Shown here in pieces: positions 10,192 through 19,130 of a stretch of 64,000 bases of DNA (position 1 is its first letter; each line of letters opens with the position of its first letter). The DNA comes from Candidatus Microgenomates bacterium. GTDB taxonomy: Bacteria; Patescibacteriota; Microgenomatia; UBA8517. The notes under the pieces are model-generated. The model worked only from the letters and a program-made list of their open reading frames with translations. It ran no database searches and was not told the origin of the DNA. The stretch covers positions 391,009 to 455,008 of the forward strand of contig JBEKNE010000001.1 of the NCBI GenBank assembly GCA_049523135.1. Direction: 5' to 3'. A program made the translations under genes and the position numbers.

Positions 10192-10899
10192 ATGAAAATA
10201 CTTACAGTTTCGGGATTGACTGTAGAATTCAATAATCATGTTATCCTGGATGATGTTAGTTTTGAAGTAGAAAGAGGTGATACATTGGCCATAATCGGAC
10301 CGAATGGCGCAGGAAAAACCGTGCTTTTTAGGGCACTTTTAGGCCTCATTCCATATCAAGGAAAAATAACCTGGGATAAGGATGTGAGAATTGGTTATGT
10401 TCCTCAAAAATTAAGTATTCCAAAAGATATTCCGCTTACGGTTGATGAATTTTTACATTTTAAGGAAAAAAATGATGATAAAATCCGTGAGGCGATGGAA
10501 TCGGTTGGTTTTCTTAAAAAAAGTAAGCATTTACATAATGATTTTAGAGTTTTGAATACCAAGATGGGGGCGCTTTCCGGAGGTGAGTTACAGAGGGTTT
10601 TAATTGCCTATGCACATCTTGATGCTCCAAATGTATTGCTTTTTGATGAACCTACAGCAGGGGTTGATGTTTCAGGAGAAGAAACCGTGTACAGTTTGAT
10701 TAATAAACACAAGACAAGAGAAGATCTGACTATCATTTTTATTTCTCACGAACTTCAAGTTGTAAATCAATTTGCCGCCAATGTTCTGTGTCTTAATAAG
10801 GAGAAAGTTTGTTTTGGCCCTCCAAATATTGCGATCGATAAGGAAAGCTTAGCTAAAATGTACGGTGAGGATTTCCATTTATATAAACATCATGAGTGA
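10192..10899 (+). CDS. znuC: Zn/Mn ABC transporter ATP-binding protein (ZnuC-like)
   Basis: Walker A GPNGAGKT, GYVPQ, LSGGELQR, DEPTAGVD, His-rich C-terminus. Confidence 0.85.
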   Translation: MKILTVSGLTVEFNNHVILDDVSFEVERGDTLAIIGPNGAGKTVLFRALLGLIPYQGKITWDKDVRIGYVPQKLSIPKDIPLTVDEFLHFKEKNDDKIREAMESVGFLKKSKHLHNDFRVLNTKMGALSGGELQRVLIAYAHLDAPNVLLFDEPTAGVDVSGEETVYSLINKHKTREDLTIIFISHELQVVNQFAANVLCLNKEKVCFGPPNIAIDKESLAKMYGEDFHLYKHHE

Positions 10900-11659
10900 T
10901 AATTTATTATTTTTATTGCTTGTAGGTATCCTTGCGGGAGCGGCGTCGGGTTATTTGGGAAGTTTTATGGTTTTGAAGCGCATGTCTTTGGTAGGGGATG
11001 CTCTTAGCCATGTGGCACTTCCGGGGATTGCCATTGCTTTAACATTCGGAATTAATCCAATGCTTGGGGCTTTAACGGCTTTGGTCATTGCGACTTTTGG
11101 AGTTTGGTACTTGGCCGATCATACGGAAGTTTATCCTGAGGCTTTGGTTGGTGTATTTTTTACCGCGAGTCTTTCAATCGGGCTCCTTTTGACTCCCGAA
11201 CCTGATTTGCTGGAAGCACTTTTTGGGAGCATAGATAAAATCGGATTAACGGACGGCCTTATGACTTTGGTGGGGGCAATTGTGATTTTTGTTGTTACTT
11301 TTTATATTTCCAAAAAACTTCTTTTGGGAATTGTTTCCGAAGATTTGGCAAAGTCTCAAAAAATTAATATAAGTAAAATTAATCTAGTTTACCTGCTTTT
11401 AGTGGCGTTAGTTGTTGCACTCGGAGTCAAATTCCTGGGAACTCTTCTGACGGGAGCAATGGTTATTATTCCTGCAGTTACAGCCAAAAATTTAGCCAGA
11501 AGTATAAAAGAATTTCAACTGTTGTCTATTCTTTTTGGCGGAGTCGGATCACTTGGAGGAATATTAATTGCCAGATTTTTAAATATGGCTTCTGGTCCCG
11601 CAGTAGTTCTAACTGCCGTTGTGTTTTTTGTCATTAGTTTTATCTTCAGGAGAAAATGA
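10892..11659 (+). CDS. znuB: Zn/Mn ABC transporter permease (ZnuB-like)
   Basis: RMSL.GDALSH.ALPG motif; start re-assigned to ATG 10892, overlapping the ATPase stop. Confidence 0.85.
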   Translation: MSDNLLFLLLVGILAGAASGYLGSFMVLKRMSLVGDALSHVALPGIAIALTFGINPMLGALTALVIATFGVWYLADHTEVYPEALVGVFFTASLSIGLLLTPEPDLLEALFGSIDKIGLTDGLMTLVGAIVIFVVTFYISKKLLLGIVSEDLAKSQKINISKINLVYLLLVALVVALGVKFLGTLLTGAMVIIPAVTAKNLARSIKEFQLLSILFGGVGSLGGILIARFLNMASGPAVVLTAVVFFVISFIFRRK

Positions 11660-11680
11660 GTGTAAAATAATATTTCATCT

Positions 11681-12295
11681 ATGAGGAATTTCTTTGAAGT
11701 ATTTTTTGATACGGAAACTAAAAGTTTTTTTGATGAGATAACCGGGTACGATGCTTCAAAATTAGGTGTTTCCATAACTTCCGTCTATTCAAGAACACTT
11801 GATGAGAACTTTAATGAAGTTGAGGGGAAGATGAAATCCTTCTGGGAAAAAGATTTCGGAGAAATGTTTAAACTTTTTGAGAAAGCGGACAGAATAATTG
11901 GTTTTAACTCAATAAATTTTGACGTACCGGCTCTTTCCCCGTATTTACCTCCCCATTGGCCGAAATTGAAACATTTTGATATTTTAAATGAAATTAAAAA
12001 AGTAGAAGGCAAAAGAATGTCTCTTAATTCGCTGGCGAAAGCAACACTTGGAACAAAGAAAAATGACAGTGGAGACAATGCTATCAAATATTGGGCGGAG
12101 GGGACGCCCGAATCTTTAGCTAAACTTAAGAAATATTGCGAAATGGATGTGGCTATTACCCGCGATATTTATGACCACGCGATGAAAAACAAAGTTTTAA
12201 AATATATCGATTTTTGGAATGAAACCCATGAAATTAAATTGGATTTTTCATATCCGAAAGATGCCAATACAACGGTACAAAGCAGTTTATTCTAA
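11681..12295 (+). CDS. DEDD/RNase H-like exonuclease (YprB/RNase_H_2-like)
   Basis: ExoI FFDTET, ExoII GFNS..FD, ExoIII YCEMDV motifs. Confidence 0.8.
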   Translation: MRNFFEVFFDTETKSFFDEITGYDASKLGVSITSVYSRTLDENFNEVEGKMKSFWEKDFGEMFKLFEKADRIIGFNSINFDVPALSPYLPPHWPKLKHFDILNEIKKVEGKRMSLNSLAKATLGTKKNDSGDNAIKYWAEGTPESLAKLKKYCEMDVAITRDIYDHAMKNKVLKYIDFWNETHEIKLDFSYPKDANTTVQSSLF

Positions 12296-12679
12296 TTACT
12301 TCTCCGCCGCTTCGGCTGCCATAGCTTCCTCTTTGGTTTTGTGGATTGTTCCGTCCGGATGGTGTGCCGGAGAATAAACCGTGTAAAGCTTAAGCTCTTT
12401 GTCTTTTGATGTATTTATAATGTTGTGATAATTGCCTGCCGGGACAATTACACAATCTCCTGCGCCTCCCGTGAATTTTTCGTCCGAGATTATAGCTTCC
12501 CATTCTCCCTCCTCAAATCTCAGGAACTGGTCGTTATCTGGGTGTACCTCCATTCCTATTTCCTCACTTGGTTTAAGGGACATGAGTACTAATTGGGAAT
12601 GCGGGGCCGTAAAAATTACATGTCTGAAATAAGTATTTGCAATAGTGTCTTTTTCCAAGTTACCTTTGTATCCTGCCAT
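12296..12679 (-). CDS. Cupin domain protein
   Basis: QLVLMSL..EEIG.EVH...DQF, VPAG..HNIIN, LKLYT.YSP.HH; strong SD GGAGGTGA upstream. Confidence 0.88.
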   Translation of the reverse strand: MAGYKGNLEKDTIANTYFRHVIFTAPHSQLVLMSLKPSEEIGMEVHPDNDQFLRFEEGEWEAIISDEKFTGGAGDCVIVPAGNYHNIINTSKDKELKLYTVYSPAHHPDGTIHKTKEEAMAAEAAEK

Positions 12680-12725
12680 AATTTATCACCTCCAATCTTT
12701 AAATCCATTGTATACTAATCTTGCA

Positions 12726-13538
12726 ATGAAAATTATAGCCAAAATATTTTTGTCGTTACTATTTATCTTATTTTTTATAATATTTTCGCTGTCTTTAACT
12801 TTTAAATTTCAATTTTTAAATGAAAATTTTTGGTTAAATACTTTTGGTGCAAATGGTACCTACATTAAACTTTCCCAGGTTATTAATGATAATCTGGAAA
12901 ATCAAGTTGTTTCCCAAGGGGGCAAAGCCAGCGATGTAAAAGTATTGACTGATCTGGTAACGCCCATGAATTTAGAAGATATTGTCGACAAAAATATTGA
13001 AAATTTTTTGGGTTTTGTAAACGGTAAAAATAATCAGATTATGTTGTATCTTCCGGTAAGCGAAGTTCCAAGTTCTCTAATTCCGAAAAGTTCAGAAGAA
13101 ACCGGTGATGAAATTAGCCTGCAGGAATTTCTAAAAGAAGCGAACATTAATTTGATTTCGGATTCCCAAATAGAAAATATCAGGGTTCTAAGTATAGCGA
13201 CTAATATTGCACTTTTCTCTTCAACAGTTCTTTTAATTCTTATCTTGTTGGCTTTATATAAGTTAACCGATCAAAGCAAGAGATTTGGTTTTATAGGTGG
13301 TACGTTGCTTTTTTCCGGAATACTGATTTTTATTGGAGCCGAGATACTGGTTATTTTGAGAACAAGCTTAGCAAATTACTTACCTGGTGGAGCCGATTTG
13401 GCCCGGGCAATTGTGGGGGTTACCATTCCGCCGCTTTTAGAGGAAATATTACGGTTTTGGCTTGTGGAGGCAATAATTGCTTTTGGGATAGGTATACTTT
13501 TGTTTTTTGTAAAGAAGCCGTATAATAGGCAGAAGTGA
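12726..13538 (+). CDS. Hypothetical membrane protein (1 N-terminal and 3 C-terminal TM segments)
   Basis: Hydrophobic pattern; start moved to ATG 12726 to avoid overlap with the cupin gene; TATACT at 12711-12716. Confidence 0.6.
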   Translation: MKIIAKIFLSLLFILFFIIFSLSLTFKFQFLNENFWLNTFGANGTYIKLSQVINDNLENQVVSQGGKASDVKVLTDLVTPMNLEDIVDKNIENFLGFVNGKNNQIMLYLPVSEVPSSLIPKSSEETGDEISLQEFLKEANINLISDSQIENIRVLSIATNIALFSSTVLLILILLALYKLTDQSKRFGFIGGTLLFSGILIFIGAEILVILRTSLANYLPGGADLARAIVGVTIPPLLEEILRFWLVEAIIAFGIGILLFFVKKPYNRQK

Positions 13539-14023
13539 AATATTTTATTGCAATTTTTGTGACCGCAGTAATTGTTTTTCTTGGAGCAACCGTTTATTAC
13601 AAAGGTCTTCCTTCTTTTCCGGAGTATTCCAAAACTGCCGTTTCAACCCAAAGTGGAGTCACAGTGGAATCAACAGAAACCATAGCTTCCTCTACAGCTT
13701 TGCCTTCAGCCTCTCCCACATCCGATGTCAATTCAGTATTAATAGCGGCAGTTAAAGCAGCACTTGTTGCAGAACACGGACAGGATGCAGAGTCTTTAGT
13801 TGTTACGGTTTCAAAAATTGAAGGAAACTATGCTCAGGGAGATGCTTCCGCTCAAGCCGGAGGGGCAATATGGTATGCGGCAAAGATAGGGGAAGATTGG
13901 AAACTGGTTTGGGACGGAAACGGACAAATTGACTGCAGTTCTCTTTCTTCATATCCGAATTTTCCTACCGATATGATTTCCGAATGTTGGGACACGGCAA
14001 CAAATAAAGTCGTAACACGTTAG
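13535..14023 (+). CDS. Hypothetical exported protein with Ser/Thr-rich linker
   Basis: GTG start overlapping upstream stop; signal/TM anchor, S/T/P linker, C-terminal domain with WKLVWDGNG..C...C. Confidence 0.6.
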   Translation: MKYFIAIFVTAVIVFLGATVYYKGLPSFPEYSKTAVSTQSGVTVESTETIASSTALPSASPTSDVNSVLIAAVKAALVAEHGQDAESLVVTVSKIEGNYAQGDASAQAGGAIWYAAKIGEDWKLVWDGNGQIDCSSLSSYPNFPTDMISECWDTATNKVVTR

Positions 14024-14045
14024 TCGTTACTGATATAATTCTCAT

Positions 14046-14882
14046 ATGGCCTCCGATAAATATTCCGCAACTTGGGTTTCACACTCCTCTATTTCAGACT
14101 TTTTAAAATGTCCTAGAGCTTATTATCTTAGGAATGTATATAAAGATCCGAAAACAGGACATAAAATGACAATTACGTCTCCTCCTTTGGCTCTCGGGCA
14201 GGCCGTTCATGAAGTAATAGAATCTTTAGCGGTTTTACCGGTTGATGAAAGATTAAAAATTTCTTTGGTTAAAAAACTGGATCCGGCTTGGCTGAAAATT
14301 ACAGGAAAAAGAGGAGGATTTAAAACTCACTCCGAAGAAATGATTTATAGGGATAGGGCAGAAAAGATGCTTATAAACTTACAGGAAGACCCTGGCCCGA
14401 TTTTAGAAAAGGCTATAAAAATTAAGTCCAAAATGAATCTCCCAAATTATTTTCTTTCGGAAGAAGATAATATTATTCTTTGCGGCAAAATTGACTGGCT
14501 GAAATACGAAGAAGAAACCGACTCGGTTCATATAATTGATTTCAAGACAGGGAAAAACGAGGAGCCTGAAGATTCGCTCCAATTACCCATTTATCTACTT
14601 CTTGCCACAAATACTCAGAGTAAAAAAGTAACGGGGGCTTCTTATTGGTACCTCGATCGCGATGATGGAATAGTTGAGAAAAAGTTACCCGATATTGGGC
14701 AGTCTTTCGAAAAGGTTTATAAAATTGCCAGGAGAATAAAGCTGGCGAGGCAAATTAATCATTTCAAATGTCCCAAAAACAGCTGTTTTGCCTGTAGGCC
14801 TTATGAGAGAATTCTAAAGGGGGAGGGGGAAATGGTTGGAGTATCCGATACCAGGCAGGATGTTTATGTATTGGATGACTGA
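14046..14882 (+). CDS. PD-(D/E)XK nuclease, AddB/Cas4-like iron-staple type
   Basis: S.SSI..F..CPR.YY, G...H, GKID, IIDFKTG, QL.IY, C-terminal C.{4}C..C. Confidence 0.85.
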   Translation: MASDKYSATWVSHSSISDFLKCPRAYYLRNVYKDPKTGHKMTITSPPLALGQAVHEVIESLAVLPVDERLKISLVKKLDPAWLKITGKRGGFKTHSEEMIYRDRAEKMLINLQEDPGPILEKAIKIKSKMNLPNYFLSEEDNIILCGKIDWLKYEEETDSVHIIDFKTGKNEEPEDSLQLPIYLLLATNTQSKKVTGASYWYLDRDDGIVEKKLPDIGQSFEKVYKIARRIKLARQINHFKCPKNSCFACRPYERILKGEGEMVGVSDTRQDVYVLDD

Positions 14883-15151
14883 TAGGGTGGAATAATATTA
14901 AAGGTAAAGAAATCCTCGGTACTTACTATTCTATTTAATTTTCGACGAGGATATATAATATCAACTTTATGTTCCTCTTCAAAACTTTCTAGATGACCTA
15001 TTATTCTGGATATTAAAACCAAGTCTTCTACTTGGGATAAACCCCTGCTTTGATAAAGTTCACTTTTACAATCAGCACAATAAGCTAAGACGTTGGTACC
15101 TTTATGTATCTGAACGATTGTGGGTTTTTCCTGGTTTTCTATTTCTTTCAT
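14864..15151 (-). CDS. Hypothetical protein with CxxC...H...H pattern
   Basis: 95-aa ORF directly downstream of LCP on the same strand; YCADC and two later His residues. Confidence 0.5.
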   Translation of the reverse strand: MKEIENQEKPTIVQIHKGTNVLAYCADCKSELYQSRGLSQVEDLVLISRIIGHLESFEEEHKVDIIYPRRKLNRIVSTEDFFTFNIIPPYQSSNT

Positions 15152-15159
15152 AAGCTAAG

Positions 15160-16203
15160 TTAATTGTTTAAAGCAGTTTTTATGTAAGATTGAATCTCCG
15201 AGAAATCAAAATTTCCTGACTTTGGAATTAGAATATATTGTCCGTCGCTACTGGTACTTTCATTTAGAACATTGTCCGTTGTCAGTTGAATTTGTTTAAC
15301 ACTGTAAGCTTTAGGATCTCCAAAGACCTGAATCAGGCTTTTGATTGTCCCTGTATTTAAATCTGTTTGTACAATTTGGCTAATCGTATTTACTATATCG
15401 TCAAATTTATTTGCCGCTTGAAGGGAAATAAGTTTGTTTTCAATTCCGGTTAAGACTGCAAATTGACGTAAACTTCTGGCGAAGTCGGAATCTCCGTGGC
15501 GTGAACGGACAAATTTCAGGGCGGTAGTTCCGTCGAGATTTGTCGGACCTTTATCAAAGTGAAGTTGCTCATAACGGCAAGTGAATTGTGTTTCCAGTTG
15601 GTATCCGGAATATTTTGCCTTGAGAGCATTAATTTGGTCCTCCGTAAACCCGCAGGTGTTATTTTCCTGACCCGTAATGGGATAAAAAGGATCGCTGAAT
15701 GTAACGGGTACCTGGACGGTAACTCCTCCAAGATCGTCAATAATCTTCGTAAATCCTCCAAAGTCTACAGAAACAAAATAGTTAATTGGTAGACCGGTTA
15801 CGGAGGTAATTGTAGGACCAACGTTTTGGAAGCCGTTTGTTGAGCCGACAGAATTAATTTTATGACCTCCCGTTATCCAAAGATCGCGGGGGACAGAAAT
15901 AAAAGCCACCTTTTTGGTATTAGTATCGACATGAATTACTATCATACTGTCGGTAAGAAGCGCTCCGTCATGTCCCGCTCCTCCGTAGCCCAAGAAAAGA
16001 ATATTGTAAACACCTTTTTGAGGGACCACCCCGTTAATTGGTTTTGGGGTAGCGAGAGCGAAAGAATTTGGAGTTGGAGAAACAAAAGGGTTTTTAACAA
16101 AAATTTTTGAAAGGGTCAGAGCAAGATATGTTCCGCCGAATCCAATCAAAAAAGTTCCCGTTAAAAGTAAATAAAATATTATTTTTTTCAACTTGAATAT
16201 CAT
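15160..16203 (-). CDS. LCP (LytR-CpsA-Psr) family glycopolymer transferase
   Basis: TM anchor, NILFLG, TDSM, SVPRDL, AL.FVRSRH..SDFAR..RQ; start trimmed to avoid tspO (ATG 16203 or TTG 16191). Confidence 0.9.
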   Translation of the reverse strand: MIFKLKKIIFYLLLTGTFLIGFGGTYLALTLSKIFVKNPFVSPTPNSFALATPKPINGVVPQKGVYNILFLGYGGAGHDGALLTDSMIVIHVDTNTKKVAFISVPRDLWITGGHKINSVGSTNGFQNVGPTITSVTGLPINYFVSVDFGGFTKIIDDLGGVTVQVPVTFSDPFYPITGQENNTCGFTEDQINALKAKYSGYQLETQFTCRYEQLHFDKGPTNLDGTTALKFVRSRHGDSDFARSLRQFAVLTGIENKLISLQAANKFDDIVNTISQIVQTDLNTGTIKSLIQVFGDPKAYSVKQIQLTTDNVLNESTSSDGQYILIPKSGNFDFSEIQSYIKTALNN

Positions 16204-16228
16204 TATACAGTAGAGGTAAGATAATATT

Positions 16229-16702
16229 GTGAATAGATTCTTAAAGTATGTCATATCAATTGGGATTTCTTTATTTGTTGGGGGTTTGGGTAGTATTTTC
16301 ACAATTTCTTCAATTCCGGTTTGGTACGCCACTTTAAATAAACCCTCGTTTAGTCCTCCAAATTGGCTTTTTGGCCCCGTTTGGACAATCCTATATATCT
16401 TAATGGGGATAAGTGTTGCTCTTGTTTGGGAAAAAGGCCTGAAAACTAAAAAAGTCCGTGATGCAATTTATTTGTTTATTATTCAACTAATCTTCAATGC
16501 TATCTGGACGCCAATATTTTTCGGAGCTCGAAATATTTTTCTTGGGCTAATAGTAATAATCTTAATGTGGATTTTTATTTTGAAGATAATTTTGGCTTTC
16601 GGAAAAATAAATAAAACTGCAAGTTACCTGCTTTACCCTTATATTACTTGGGTAAGTTTTGCAACCATTCTTAACTTCTCCGTTTGGATTTTGAACAGAT
16701 AG
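16229..16702 (+). CDS. tspO: TspO/MBR tryptophan-rich sensory protein
   Basis: WY..L.KP.F.PP.W.FGPVWT.LY, N..WTP.FFG, PY..WV.FA..LN. Confidence 0.93.
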   Translation: MNRFLKYVISIGISLFVGGLGSIFTISSIPVWYATLNKPSFSPPNWLFGPVWTILYILMGISVALVWEKGLKTKKVRDAIYLFIIQLIFNAIWTPIFFGARNIFLGLIVIILMWIFILKIILAFGKINKTASYLLYPYITWVSFATILNFSVWILNR

Positions 16703-16721
16703 ATAATATAATTCTTTTTAT

Positions 16722-18005
16722 ATGGACTTGATGGAGAAAATTGCTTCACTTGCAAAACGCCGTGGATTTATTTTTCAGGGGAGTGAAATTTACGGAGGAT
16801 ACCAAGGATTTTGGGATTACGGTCCACTTGGAACCGAACTGAAGAATAATGTCAAAAAGGAGTGGTGGAAAACAATGGTTTACAAAAGAGAGGACGTCGT
16901 TGGAATGGATGCGGCGATAGTAATGAATCCTATTACCTGGGAAAAATCGGGCCACCTTAAGGCTTTGACTGACCTACTGGTTGAATGCAAGGTTTGTCAT
17001 AAAAGAGTAAGGGCAGATAATGAAGAATTGATTGCCGATCATGAGAAGCTTCATGATGGCAAAAAAGATATTTGGACGGAACCCAAAAATTTTAATCTGA
17101 TGACGGAAGTCTTTCTAGGAACGACAGAACCCAAAGAGAAGGCTTATCTTAGGGGGGAAATTACTCAGGGGGTTTTTGTAAATTTTAAAAATGTAGTTGA
17201 TTCAACCCGCATCAAAATTCCCTTCGGAATTGCACAAATCGGAAAAGCATTCAGAAACGAAATAACTCCCGGGAATTTAACTTTCCGTTCGCGCGAATTT
17301 GAACAGATGGAACTTGAATATTTTGTTAAACCGGATGAAAAAGAAAGTAAGAAAACTTTTGAAGAATTTAAGGAAATCAGAATTAATTGGTACAAGAGTC
17401 TTGGAATGAATCTGGATAAACTTCATTTCCATGACCACGAACCTGAAAAGAGAGCCCACTATGCCAGATATGCCACGGATATTGAATATCAGGCCCCATT
17501 CGGATGGAGTGAAATGGAAGGAATTCACCACAGAGGGGATTATGATTTGAAAAATCACGGCTTAAAATACCACGATGATATGACGGGAGAAGAATTTATT
17601 CCCTGGGTTATTGAAACTTCGGGCGGAGTCGATAGGGCAATGCTGTTCTTTTTAATTGATGCATATAAGGAAGAGGGAAAAAGAGTTCTTTTAAAACTCG
17701 ATCCGAAACTGGCGCCGTATAAAGTGGCTGTTTTTCCGCTTTTGAAAAATAAACCGGAGTTGGTAGAAAAAGCCAGAGGGATTTATAACGAATTGAAGAA
17801 AAATTTTGTTGTAGTTTGGGATGAACGGGGAAACATCGGCAAACGCTATTTTGCACAGGATGAAATAGGAACTCCGTGGTGTGTCACAGCTGATTTTCAG
17901 ACACTTGATGATAATACTGTGACGGTACGTGATAGAGATACCGCTAAGCAAGAGAGGATCTCTATTGACAAATTAACGGAATATTTCCAAAATAAATTGA
18001 AGTGA
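16722..18005 (+). CDS. glyQS: Glycine--tRNA ligase, alpha2 (archaeal/eukaryotic) type
   Basis: RRGF....EIYGG, DYGPLG, GKAFRNEI, REFEQME.E, IGKRY..DEIGTP. Confidence 0.93.
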   Translation: MDLMEKIASLAKRRGFIFQGSEIYGGYQGFWDYGPLGTELKNNVKKEWWKTMVYKREDVVGMDAAIVMNPITWEKSGHLKALTDLLVECKVCHKRVRADNEELIADHEKLHDGKKDIWTEPKNFNLMTEVFLGTTEPKEKAYLRGEITQGVFVNFKNVVDSTRIKIPFGIAQIGKAFRNEITPGNLTFRSREFEQMELEYFVKPDEKESKKTFEEFKEIRINWYKSLGMNLDKLHFHDHEPEKRAHYARYATDIEYQAPFGWSEMEGIHHRGDYDLKNHGLKYHDDMTGEEFIPWVIETSGGVDRAMLFFLIDAYKEEGKRVLLKLDPKLAPYKVAVFPLLKNKPELVEKARGIYNELKKNFVVVWDERGNIGKRYFAQDEIGTPWCVTADFQTLDDNTVTVRDRDTAKQERISIDKLTEYFQNKLK

Positions 18006-18670
18006 AAAAATTTATACCTGTTTTGATTGGAATAGGAGTTATAATTGTTGCGGTTGTGGCCTTCTTTGTGATTAGAGGTTCCAAGGGGAGTTCTTCATCC
18101 AGTTCGGGAAGTGAGGAGGCCAATACACCCCTTCTTCCCGAGAGCGAGTGGCCAGCCATTTCTCTTACTCCGACAAGTGACCCGACGGTTTCGGGGTCTC
18201 TTGGTCATTGGCTGGATTTTAAGGTTGAGAAAATCAACGTTCAGGGCGCCACCTCAATGGATTACCTTTTGGTATATAACACCAGCGACGGAGGCCAACA
18301 AGGGGTTCCAGGGACCGTTAAACTGACCGGAGGAGATATCGACAGACCTCTTCTTCTGGGTTCAGAATCCTCCGGAAAATACAGGTACGATGATGGAGTT
18401 GAGCAGGGAACAATGACGATTACTTTTCGAGATTCAAACGGCAAATCCGTAGGTAAGCTGGCAACGGATTTTCATCTTCAGACGGGAGTTACAGCCTTGA
18501 CGTCTGTTGACGGGACTTTTACGTATAACTTGGATAAGATTGCTAAAAATGTTTATTTTGTAACAATGAAGACTTATCTTGAGCCTACAGTAGCTTCAGT
18601 GGTTTGGCAGAATGGCTATGGAGTTTTTGCTTCAGACGGTAAAGTCCATTCAGGAAAATTAGCTCAGTGA
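18002..18670 (+). CDS. Hypothetical membrane-anchored exported protein
   Basis: N-terminal TM, Ser-rich linker, LLLGSESSGKYRYD.GV..G motif; coupled to the glyQS stop. Confidence 0.65.
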   Translation: MKKFIPVLIGIGVIIVAVVAFFVIRGSKGSSSSSSGSEEANTPLLPESEWPAISLTPTSDPTVSGSLGHWLDFKVEKINVQGATSMDYLLVYNTSDGGQQGVPGTVKLTGGDIDRPLLLGSESSGKYRYDDGVEQGTMTITFRDSNGKSVGKLATDFHLQTGVTALTSVDGTFTYNLDKIAKNVYFVTMKTYLEPTVASVVWQNGYGVFASDGKVHSGKLAQ

Positions 18671-19002
18671 TCCTTTTTATAATCTTCCAGTTTTGATTTA
18701 ATATAGCTTAGCGCCTTATGATCGTTAAATGCAGTGTAAAGTACTGCAACACGATCCGCTGAACCAATAAAATCCTCTATTAGAAAAAGTTTTCCAGCCC
18801 GAAGATTTTCGGTATTGATAGTAGGTTGTTCTCCAGGCCTTAGCCCACGAGCTTTGGCAATTTTATCAATTTTTTGTAAATTCCTGGCCAACTCACGCCT
18901 GTCGACCGTTGTACACATTTGACCAAGTGAACTAAGTGTACTGGAGAGCGTAAAATTCACTTCCACCCTGTCTTTATTCATATTCAAATCGGATTGTATC
19001 AC
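18664..19002 (-). CDS. Hypothetical protein (orphan)
   Basis: 112-aa ORF filling the gap, divergent from mraZ; no recognisable motif. Confidence 0.45.
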   Translation of the reverse strand: MIQSDLNMNKDRVEVNFTLSSTLSSLGQMCTTVDRRELARNLQKIDKIAKARGLRPGEQPTINTENLRAGKLFLIEDFIGSADRVAVLYTAFNDHKALSYIKSKLEDYKKDH

Positions 19003-19039
19003 CCGATTTATTTATAAGCAATTTTTGTTGTGAAAGTAC

Positions 19040-19068
19040 TTGACATGCTCGTGAAAATAGTCTTTAAT
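19040..19068 (+). promoter_or_regulatory. Sigma70-type promoter of the dcw operon
   Basis: TTGACA (19040-19045), 17-nt spacer, TTTAAT (19063-19068) upstream of mraZ. Confidence 0.6.
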
Positions 19069-19120
19069 GGTTATTAATGGTGAGAAATGGTAGTAACCAT
19101 CTCTTACCACATCTGCCCAG
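19066..19120. promoter_or_regulatory. Putative MraZ-binding box array (10-bp period)
   Basis: AATGGT at 19066, 19076 and 19086, then inverted ACCAT/ACCAC/CCCAG at 19096, 19106 and 19116; MraZ is known to bind TGG-core repeats with about 10-bp spacing upstream of its own gene. Confidence 0.65.
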
Positions 19121-19130
19121 ATGAAAGAAA

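Noticed and set aside
14046-14882. Cas4-like nuclease as a sign of a CRISPR-Cas system
   Set aside because: No repeat-spacer array or other cas gene is visible in the window, and the intergenic gaps are too short or non-repetitive
16204-16332. Long N-terminus of the LCP ORF, and similar extended starts at 10865, 12645, 24786, 44195, 49283, 59198 and 62209
   Set aside because: They overlap neighbouring genes or promoter boxes; downstream ATGs match the family N-termini
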